Assembly (NCBI GenBank): GCA_902826065.1
Contig: CADEDM010000001.1
Location: forward strand, 23,340 to 87,339
DNA: 64,000 nt
Source: an uncultured Acidobacteriota bacterium
GTDB taxonomy: Bacteria; Acidobacteriota; Vicinamibacteria; Vicinamibacterales; UBA2999
Direction of reading: 5' to 3'
Each line of letters begins with the position of its first letter. The stretch's first letter is position 1. Of this stretch, positions 18,301 through 25,600 are shown piece after piece. The notes under the pieces were generated by a model that worked only from the letters and a program-made list of their open reading frames with translations, did no database searches and had not been told where the DNA came from. Position numbers and translations under genes: made by a program.

Positions 18301-21051
18301 TATCTGCGCGTGCTCGACGCGTGCCGCGCGGCGGGCTCCACCCCCAGTCACGTGATTCACGCGCTGGGATTGGGTGCAGCGACCGGCATCGACGCCGGCC
18401 ATCACGTCGACGCGGTGCGGCGCTGCTTCGACAGCCAGTTCTTCCTGGCCCAGGCGATCGCGTCGGGCGATGCCACGCCCGTGCACTGGCTCGCGCTCTC
18501 CCACCGCGCCTGGCAGGTCGGCGGCGAGGCGCCGTGGTCGCCCTATGGCGCGCTGGCCGTGGGCATCACGAACACCTTGCCACGCGAGTTCCCCTCGTGG
18601 CTCGCCCGTGTCGTCGACGTCGAGAACCCGCGGCTCGCGGCCGAGTCGATCGACAAGATCCTGGCCGAGATGCCACAGGTGGCGGATGCCACGGTCGACG
18701 AGCCAGTGGTGGCGCACCGCGGACGGCAGCGATTCGTGCGCGACTGGCTGCGGCAGGATGCGCCCGCAGCGCTACCAAGCGTGTTGCTGCGGCCCCATGG
18801 CGTCTATCTCGTCACCGGCGGCACCGGCGGACTCGGTCTGGTGGCCGCCGGCGTGCTGGCGCAGGCAGCGCCCGCTACGCTGGTGCTGGTGTCGCGTCGC
18901 CCGTGGCCGCACCGCCAGCACTGGGACGAGCTGATTCGGCGCGGCGCGCCCGAGGCCGAGTCGCTCAACGCGCTGCTCGCGCTCGAACAGAAGGGTGCCC
19001 GTGTCGTCCTCGAAACTGCGGACATCGCCGACGCGACGTCGGTCGAGGCCGTCGTCTCCCGGACGCGACAGACCTGCGGCGCGCTGCACGGGGTCATCCA
19101 TGCCGCCGGCATCGTCGACGACGCGCCCCTGATCGCGAAGGACCTGGCGCACGCGCATCTGGTGCTGGCCCCCAAGGTCGCCGGCACGACCGCCCTCGCC
19201 AGGGCCCTGGCCTCCGCGTCGCTGGACTTCTTCGTCCTGTACTCTTCCTCGAGCGCATTCGCCGGGCTGCCGGGCCAGGCCGACTACGCCGCCGCCAACG
19301 CCTTCCTCGACGGTTTCGCCGCCTGGGCGCGCGAGCAGGGCCTGCCCTGCGTCGCCGTCGACTGGCCGGCGTGGCGTGGCACTGGACTCGCCGCCGCCAT
19401 CAGCCGTGGTGCCGCCGTGCGCCCGGCACCCGGGCGTCCCACCGACCACCCGATGCTCGGCCGATGCACGGTCGACGAGGCCGGACGTCGTGCCTTCCTG
19501 ACGCAGGTCAGCGCCGAGGACTCGTGGATGATTCGCGAGCATCGTCTCAAGGACGGCCCGGCGCTCATGCCGGGGTTCGGCTTCCTCGAGATGGCTCGGG
19601 CCGCATGGTTCGAAGGCCGTCCGGCGGGACCGTTCGAGCTGGCCGATACCTCGGTCGACTATCCGTTCATCGTCCAGGACCAGGCCCCGCGCTGGCTCGG
19701 CGTCGAGCTCTCGCCGGCATCGAACGCGTTCGTCGTGGTCAGCGAGGACGGCGACGGTCGCACGGAGCACGTCCGTGGCACTGTGCGGGACGCCTCGCCG
19801 CTCGCCGCGCGCCTCGATGTCGCTGCAATCCGGCAGCGCTGCGCGCGTGGCGTACAGCGTTTCGACGACGCCGACCACCACCCGTTCCTCCAGTTCGGCC
19901 CGCGCTGGGCGTCGCTGAAGACGGTGGCCTATGGCACGCACGAAGCGCTGATCGATCTGGATCTGGCGCCGGAGTTTCGCGCCGATCTCGACGCCTACGT
20001 GCTCCATCCGGCGCTGCTCGACATGGCCGCCGCCGGGGCCCAGGTGATCATCGAAGGCCATACGCCCACCGACGAAGTGTTCGTGCCGGTGGGCCTCGGC
20101 CGCCTGCGCGCCACCGCCGGATTCCCGTCGCGGTGTCTCAGCCACGTCACGTACAAGCCCGGCCCGGCTGGCGAGTCGCGAGAGGTAGCGCACTTCGACG
20201 TGCGCGTCGCCGACGCCGACGGTACCGTCTTCCTCGAGATCGACCACTTCGCCATGCGCCGCCTGCCCGGCACAGACGCGCTGCGGCGGCTGCCGGCGGC
20301 GGGGTCGCGCGCGATCGCCCCGACGCTCGAGCGCGCGCTCGAACTCGGCATCGACCCGGGGGAAGGGGCACGTGTGCTCGCGACGGTGCTGGCCGGCGTC
20401 ACGAGCGCGCAAGTCGCAGTGGCGCCGGTGGAGCCGCGCGTGCTCGTCCGCGAACTGCGGCAGGCGGCGGCCCCGCCGGCGCCAGCACGAGAGGTCATCG
20501 CGTTCGATCCCGACGACGATCCGGCGATTGCGCCGGCCGAGACCGTGCTCACCGCGTGCCCTGCTGTCGCGGCGGCGGTCGTCCGCTCGTTCCATGGCGA
20601 TGGCGCGACCCGGCGTCTCGTGGCCTTCTTCGTGCCCGACCACGACCACTTCGTGACGCAGGGCGAGGTGCGGCGCTACGCGCGCGAACATCTCCCCGCC
20701 GGCCAGGTCCTGACGCAACTCATCGAGCTCGACGAGCTGCCGCGCAACGGCACCGGCGTCGACCGCCGCGCGCTGCACGACCCGTCGGCGCCGGTGACCC
20801 GCATCGTCCCGCCCCGCACCACCGTCGAGAAAGCCGTCGCCCGGGTGTGGCAGGACGCGCTCGGAGTGGATGCCGTGGGCCTCACCGACAACTTCTTCGA
20901 CCTCGGGGGCCACTCGCTCCTGTCGGCGAGGATCATCGTGCAGCTCGATCGCAAGTTCGGGGTGCGCCTCAACCAGGCGACGATGGCGCTGGGCACGCTC
21001 GAGCAGATCGCGCGCGACATCGAGCGGCGCACCGAGGACAGCCCGAAGTGA
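15373..21051 (+). CDS. Type I polyketide synthase, KS-AT-KR-DH-(vestigial A-domain C-terminal subdomain)-PCP; no TE
   Basis: 1892 aa. See the domain features below. All catalytic motifs of KS, AT, KR and DH can be read directly from the translation. Confidence 0.95.
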   Translation: MSRHVASTDIAIIGMACRVPGAPSYGAMWRLLAEGREGRTTLDDEALRQAGEPEALFADPAYVKAGMFLDGVRLFDPGFFGFSPLDARVLDPQHRQFLECAWEAFEDAGVDPGRQPGTIGVFAGSGQHLYYAQHLLTNETLVDQVGRFLLRHTGNDKDFLATRVSYCFDLRGPSINLQTACSTSLVAVHTAMQSLLNGECDVALAGAVTIELPDRVGYLYRPSEILSPDGHCRPFDASAGGTLFGSGVAIVVLKKAAQAVADGDHIHALIKGSAVNNDGSGKVSYLAPSVDGQADAIAEALAMAEVEPDSVSYVEAHGTGTQLGDPIEVAALSQAYGRDSATAAPCGLGSIKSNIGHLDTAAGTAGLIKLALALQHRTLPPTLHYTALNPAIDPAQTSFRVVDHLRPWTGPSPLRAGLSSLGVGGTNAHLVVEEAPPTAPDGTARDRQLLVLSARSRPSLERARQALAARLDGVEASAPRLADIAYTLATGRRAFKHRASLVAAAPLEAADLLSARESDQVVVGETAEQGRRVAFTFAGGGAQHPGMGKELYAHEPAFRAALDRCLSALTRHTDFDLKPLLFPATAEARQHAAAALERPSRALPALFSMQYAQATLWRAWGIEPHAFIGHSMGENTAACLAGVMELDDALGLVALRGRLFERVAPGAMLSVELDEAALGPWLAPGLDVAAVNAPGLTVISGPAADVRRLQERLEAANIGCQRIRIEVAAHSSMLEPILADFRAYLRSLPLSAPATPFISNVTGRWIEPGEATDPEYWVRHLRQTVRFADGVGQLLRDGPPVLLEVGPGRTLTSLASLHSDKTAHHVVLTSMPRADEEANDLSHMMGALGRLWVNGVDPDWTRFYEGQQRKKQPLPTYSFDHAEYWIDRSTASTGRAGDARGQAGVYEPVWRPAAPRPSFEAPGACVLVLDDDRDRLRSFETALVRAGAAVRLVLASDRCLVEGTGPCELRTGVPDDYLRVLDACRAAGSTPSHVIHALGLGAATGIDAGHHVDAVRRCFDSQFFLAQAIASGDATPVHWLALSHRAWQVGGEAPWSPYGALAVGITNTLPREFPSWLARVVDVENPRLAAESIDKILAEMPQVADATVDEPVVAHRGRQRFVRDWLRQDAPAALPSVLLRPHGVYLVTGGTGGLGLVAAGVLAQAAPATLVLVSRRPWPHRQHWDELIRRGAPEAESLNALLALEQKGARVVLETADIADATSVEAVVSRTRQTCGALHGVIHAAGIVDDAPLIAKDLAHAHLVLAPKVAGTTALARALASASLDFFVLYSSSSAFAGLPGQADYAAANAFLDGFAAWAREQGLPCVAVDWPAWRGTGLAAAISRGAAVRPAPGRPTDHPMLGRCTVDEAGRRAFLTQVSAEDSWMIREHRLKDGPALMPGFGFLEMARAAWFEGRPAGPFELADTSVDYPFIVQDQAPRWLGVELSPASNAFVVVSEDGDGRTEHVRGTVRDASPLAARLDVAAIRQRCARGVQRFDDADHHPFLQFGPRWASLKTVAYGTHEALIDLDLAPEFRADLDAYVLHPALLDMAAAGAQVIIEGHTPTDEVFVPVGLGRLRATAGFPSRCLSHVTYKPGPAGESREVAHFDVRVADADGTVFLEIDHFAMRRLPGTDALRRLPAAGSRAIAPTLERALELGIDPGEGARVLATVLAGVTSAQVAVAPVEPRVLVRELRQAAAPPAPAREVIAFDPDDDPAIAPAETVLTACPAVAAAVVRSFHGDGATRRLVAFFVPDHDHFVTQGEVRRYAREHLPAGQVLTQLIELDELPRNGTGVDRRALHDPSAPVTRIVPPRTTVEKAVARVWQDALGVDAVGLTDNFFDLGGHSLLSARIIVQLDRKFGVRLNQATMALGTLEQIARDIERRTEDSPK
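15397..16675 (+). other. PKS ketosynthase domain
   Basis: DIAIIGMACRVPGA; active-site Cys in QTACSTSLVA (codon 15913-15915); EAHGTGTQLGDPIE; KSNIGHLDTAAG; ends GGTNAHLVVEE. Confidence 0.9.
16969..17818 (+). other. PKS acyltransferase domain
   Basis: VAFTFAGGGAQHPGMG; nucleophile elbow FIGHSMGE (Ser codon 17263-17265). The specificity motif reads VAAHS, neither a clear HAFH nor YASH, so the substrate is not called. Confidence 0.85.
18796..19380 (+). other. PKS ketoreductase catalytic subdomain (structural subdomain lies upstream from about 18130)
   Basis: HGVYLVTGGTGGLGLV Rossmann motif; SSSSAFAGLPGQADYAAANAFLD (catalytic Tyr). Confidence 0.85.
19447..20290 (+). other. PKS dehydratase (double hot-dog) domain located AFTER the KR
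   Basis: HPMLGRC...IREHRLKDGPALMPGFGFLEMA (catalytic His), LQFGPRWASL, LHPALLDMAAAGAQ (catalytic Asp motif). Confidence 0.8.
20491..20780 (+). other. Vestigial adenylation-domain C-terminal subdomain (A8-A10 region only)
   Basis: RRLVAFFVPDHDHFVTQGEVRRYAREHLPAGQVLTQLIELDELPRNGTGVDRRAL. The A10 Lys is replaced (NGTGVDRR versus NGKLDRR in the neighbouring NRPS). No A1-A7 core lies upstream of it. Confidence 0.65.
20812..21030 (+). other. NRPS-type carrier (PCP/thiolation) domain of the PKS
   Basis: VARVWQDALGVDAVGLTDNFFDLGGHSLLSARI; phosphopantetheinyl Ser codon 20914-20916. Confidence 0.85.
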
Positions 21052-21833
21052 ACCCCCTCTTCTTCGGACCCGCGGACTCGCCGCTCTACGGCGTGCACCA
21101 GCCGCCCCAGATCGCGGGCAACGGTGGCGGCGTCGTGCTGTGCTATCCGTTCGGCCAGGAGTACATGCGGGCCCACCGCGCCTGCCGGCAGCTCTCGCTG
21201 CTGCTGGCCCGGCGCGGCTTCCACGTGCTCCGCTTCGACTACCGCGGCACCGGCGACTCGAGTGGCGACATCGACGACGCCGGCGTCGAGCGCTGGGTCG
21301 ACGATGCGGGCGCGGCTATCGACGAGCTGCGCGAACTGAGCGGCCTGTCACAGGTCTCGGTGATCGGGCTCCGGCTCGGCGCGTGGTTCGCGGCCCGGGC
21401 CACCGAGCGGCGCACCGACGTCGACCGGCTCGTCGTCTGGGATCCGATCGTCGACGGCGCCGCCTACCTCGAGGAGATTCGCGGGGAAGTCGCCGCCGAG
21501 GTGCCGACCAGCTACAGCCCGCCGTCGGGCAGCCGGGTGTTCGCCGACGGCACGATCCACTACAACGGGTTCGAGATCCCCGCACGCCTGGCCGGTGAGC
21601 TGTCACGCCTGCGGCTGGACGCGACCGTGCCCGCGTCGGCGCGGCGCGTGCTGCAACTCGTCTCGCACGAGGTCCCGGCGTTCCTGCGGTTGCGCGATGC
21701 TTGGCGCGCGCATCCCGCCTACCGGTATCAGTTCACGCCGGCTCCGCACGACTGGAACTTCGTCGACGAGTTCGGCGGGATTCTGCTGCCGCAGCCGGCG
21801 ATTCAGGCGATCGTCGAGTGGATGAGCGAGTGA
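21048..21833 (+). CDS. Alpha/beta hydrolase fold protein, 'exosortase-system hydrolase 2'-like (copy B)
   Basis: GTG start in a GTGA overlap with the PKS stop (21048-21051). VNPLFFGPADSPLYGVHQPP...VVLCYPFGQEYMRAHRACRQLSLLLARRGFHVLRFDYRGTGDSSG...VVWDPIVDGAAYL. It appears in the track only as the tail of the artefactual 1187-aa ORF 18270-21833. Confidence 0.8.
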   Translation: MNPLFFGPADSPLYGVHQPPQIAGNGGGVVLCYPFGQEYMRAHRACRQLSLLLARRGFHVLRFDYRGTGDSSGDIDDAGVERWVDDAGAAIDELRELSGLSQVSVIGLRLGAWFAARATERRTDVDRLVVWDPIVDGAAYLEEIRGEVAAEVPTSYSPPSGSRVFADGTIHYNGFEIPARLAGELSRLRLDATVPASARRVLQLVSHEVPAFLRLRDAWRAHPAYRYQFTPAPHDWNFVDEFGGILLPQPAIQAIVEWMSE

Positions 21834-21840
21834 GCGAGCG

Positions 21841-22689
21841 ATGAGAGAACGCGTGCTTCGCATCGGGCGGCCGACGCCCCTGGCCAGCGTCGCCACCGAG
21901 CCCGACGCCTTCGACGCGTCGAAGCCGGCCGTGCTGATCCTGAACTCGGGAGTGCTGCACCACATCGGGTCGTGCCGGATGTCGGTACGGCTGGCGCGCC
22001 GGCTGGCGGAACGCGGCCTGCTCGCCGTGCGCTTCGACTTCTCGGGCCTCGGCGACAGCGAGCCGCGCCTGGCGACGCCGAGCTTCGAAGAAGTGTCGGT
22101 GACCGAGTCCACGGAGGTGATGGACCTGCTGCAGCGCACACGCGGCGTGCAGTCGTTCATCCTCTACGGCCTCTGCTCCGGCGCCGACGGCTCGTACAAC
22201 ACCGCGCTGCGCGATCCACGCGTCGTGGGGATCAGCCAGTTCGACCCGTACTGCTACGTGACCCCCCGTTACTACCTGCGGTACTACCTGCAGGCGGCGC
22301 GTGATCCGCGCCGGTGGCGCAGCGTGGCGACGCGCGCACTGAAGACCCTGTTCGGCCGAGAGACCGCGCCGCAGACGACGGTCGAGTCGGAGTTCGTGGA
22401 GTTGCCCAGCTACGTCCGCGTCTTCCCATCGCGGGAGTCGATTGCCGCCGGCCTGGCGGCGCTCGTGCAGCGCGGCGTGCACGTGCAGGCGAACTTCCCG
22501 CGCGGACCGCTGTACAACCACCGGTCGCAGTTCGTCGACAGCTTTCGCGACGTCGACTTCCGCGGCCTGGTCGAGGTCAACTACTACGGTGACGCGAATC
22601 ACATCGTGACGCAGCCCGTCCTGCAGGGCCGCATCATCGACGGCGTCGCCGACTGGGCCGCGCGCGTGGCCATGGGCGGTGCGCGATGA
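21841..22689 (+). CDS. Alpha/beta hydrolase, 'exosortase-system hydrolase 1'-like (copy B)
   Basis: PAVLILNSGVLHHIGSCRMSVRLARRLAERGLLAVRFDFSGLGDSEP...FILYGLCSGADGSY (Cys codon 22174-22176 at the nucleophile elbow). Confidence 0.8.
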   Translation: MRERVLRIGRPTPLASVATEPDAFDASKPAVLILNSGVLHHIGSCRMSVRLARRLAERGLLAVRFDFSGLGDSEPRLATPSFEEVSVTESTEVMDLLQRTRGVQSFILYGLCSGADGSYNTALRDPRVVGISQFDPYCYVTPRYYLRYYLQAARDPRRWRSVATRALKTLFGRETAPQTTVESEFVELPSYVRVFPSRESIAAGLAALVQRGVHVQANFPRGPLYNHRSQFVDSFRDVDFRGLVEVNYYGDANHIVTQPVLQGRIIDGVADWAARVAMGGAR

Positions 22690-25600
22690 CGTCCGAGACA
22701 CCGCCGATGTCCTCTGCGCTCACGGTCCTGGTCGTTGGCGATCAATCGCTGACGATCGAATGCAGCGAGATCCTGCGCGCTGCCGGGCACACCATCACCG
22801 CGGTCGTGACCGGTGACGCCCGCGTCCGCCGCTGGTCCGAGGAGCGCGGCGTGGCGGCCCTGCCCGACGCGCAGACCGCCCTCGACAGCCCATCCGCCGC
22901 GGCGTTCGACTACCTGCTGTCGATCGCCAACCTGAAGCTGCTGCCGCCGGCGCTGGTCAGCCGTGCGCGGTTCGGCGCCGTCAACTTCCACGACGGCCCG
23001 CTGCCGCGCTACGCCGGTCTCAACGCGCCGGCGTGGGCGCTCATGGCCGGTGAGCAGCAGCACGGCATCACCTGGCACGTGATGACCGACGAGGTCGATG
23101 CCGGCGACGTGCTGCTCGAGCGCGCCGTGGCCGTCGACGACGATGACACCTCGTTCACGCTGAATGCGCGCTGCTACGAGGTCGGCATCCAGTCGTTCGC
23201 GGAGCTCGTGCCCCGCCTGGCCTCACGGTCGGCCGCCGGCGCGCCGCAGGACCTGTCGCTGCGCACGTATTTCGCCCGGGCGGAGCGGCCGCGCGGCCTG
23301 GCCACCCTCGACTGGCGGCAGCCCGCCGCGCATCTCGACCGGGTCGTGCGTGCGCTCGACTTCGGGCCGTATCGCAATCCACTGGCCGTGCCCAAGGTGT
23401 GGGTCGGCTCGCGGCTCCTGGTGGCACGCCGGAGCCAGGTACTCGAAACGGGCGACGCGGCTACGCCAGGGACGATCAAAGAAGTTGGCGAACGGCGTCT
23501 CGTCGTGGCCTGCGCGCAGGGCGCCCTGGCGTTGAGCGACCTCACCGACATGAGCGGCGCCGCCGTGGACGTCCGCGCGGTGGCCGCGGCGGAAGGGCTG
23601 CGTGTGGGCAGTCGCCTGCCGGTGTCCGACGACGCACGCCTCGACGCGGTCGACCGCCTCGCCGCTCAGATTGCGCCGCACGACGGCCGGTTCCGGGCGC
23701 TCATGCGGCGCTTCACGCCCACCGAGGCGCCGGCGGCCGGCGCCGAATCGACCGTGCGCACCTGGCACGAGTGGGACGGCCGCACCGCCAGACCGGACAC
23801 GTTGCTCGCCGCGATCGTCCTGGTGCTGGCGCGCATCACTCAGTCGCCGGCGCTGGCGTTCGGCTTCGTACCGTCGTCGCGCGCAGTGCTGGACGGACAC
23901 CTGCGCGCCTACGTGCACGACGTCGTGCCCGTCGAGATCGCGTGCGCCGATGCAGACGCGGTGGCGGAGCTCGCCGCGCGCGTGGCGGCGGCCGCCGCCC
24001 ACGCCGAGACCGCGGTGGGCATGTCGCGCGACCTGTTGCTTCGTGAAGGCGCGGCCGCGGCGCTCGAGTCGCCCGACCGCGCGCCGATCCGCGTCGTGCG
24101 CGCCACGGGGCTCCTCCCCGATACGGCGCGTGCCGCCGCCGGCGCGGCCGTGATGACGTTCCAGGTGACCGACGACGGGCGCATGGGCTTGCTGGTGGAT
24201 GCGGGGCTGGTGTCCCCAGACATCGCCCGCGAGATTCTCGCGTCGATCGGCCAGGTCGTACCGGTGGTCGAGGACGGCCTCGGACGCGTCGCCGACGTCG
24301 ACCTGCTCACGCGCGATCAGCGCGAGCGCCTGATGGAGTGGGCGAGGGGTGACGCGCCCGACGGCGTCGCGCCGCTTCCCGACGTCTGCGTCCACGAGCT
24401 GTTCGAGGCCCAGGTCGCCCGCTCGCCCGGCCATGTGGCCTGCGTCTGCCGCGGCCAGGAGCTGACCTACGCGGATCTGAACCAGGCGGCCAACCGCCTC
24501 GCCCGCCACCTGCGCACCTCGGGCGTCGGCACCGGTGACCGCGTCGGCGTCATGGTCGACCGGTCGCTGGAGATGGTGGTCGTGCTCTACGCGGTGCACA
24601 AGGCCGGCGCGGCCTACGTGCCGCTCGACCCGAAGTACCCGTCGGAGCGTCTCGGGTTGGTGCTCGCCGGCGCCGACGTCCGTTGTCTCGTCGTGCGTGT
24701 GGCCACTTCCGGCGTCGACGCCGCCATCCCGCAGGTCGTCCTCGAGGACGTGTGGCCGCGGCTCGCCGAACTGGCGCCAGACAACCTTGGCGCCCTGGCC
24801 ACGCCCGACGATCTCGCCTACGTCATTTACACCTCCGGCTCGTCGGGCACTCCGAAGGGCGTGATGGTCGAGCACCGCAACGTGGTGAACTTCTTCGCTG
24901 GAATGGACCGGCGGATCGACCGCACGCCAGGCACGTGGCTCGCCGTGACCAGCATCTCGTTCGACATCTCGGTGCTCGAGCTGTTCTGGACGCTGGCCAG
25001 GGGCTTCACCGTCGTCCTGCATGCCGATGGGCCCGCGAGCGCCTCGCTCGTCGTGCCGCAGGCGGCGCGCGCCAAGGGCATCGAGTTCGGGCTGTTCTAC
25101 TGGAACGTCGCCTCACCCGACAGCGACCACGCGCAGGAGAAATACCGGCTGCTGCTCGAGAGCGCGAAATACGCCGACGCGAACGGCTTCACCGCCGTGT
25201 GGACGCCGGAGCGCCACTTCGCGTCATTCGGCGGTCTCTACCCGAATCCGGCTGTCACGTCAGCGGCGCTCGCCATGGTCACGAGCCGCGTGGCCCTGCG
25301 CGCCGGCAGTTGCGTCGTGCCGCTGCATCACCCGATCCGGATCGCCGAGGAATGGGCGGTCGTCGACAACCTCTCGGGCGGCCGCGTCGGCATGTCGGTG
25401 GCGTCGGGCTGGGCCACGCCAGATTTCGCGATTCGCCCCGAGGCCTTCGAAGGGTCGAAGCGCCTGCTGTTCGAGAACACGGCGATCGTGAAGCGGCTCT
25501 GGCGCGGCGAGACCGTGGAGTTCCCGGGACCGAAGGGGCCGGTGCAGGTGCGCACCCTGCCGCGGCCGCTCCAGAAAGAGCTCCCCGTCTGGGTGACGAC

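Noticed and set aside
15745-20913. Long antisense ORFs inside the PKS (15745-17562, 17818-18717 and 18772-20913, minus strand)
   Set aside because: They are typical high-GC antisense artefacts, with extreme Arg/Gly/Ala/Asp content and no recognisable domain. The sense frame carries complete KS/AT/KR/DH motifs.
18270-21833. 1187-aa + ORF overlapping the PKS
   Set aside because: It is an out-of-frame read-through of the PKS (Arg/Gly/Pro-rich, no motifs). It joins the true hydrolase-2-like frame only from the GTG at 21048.
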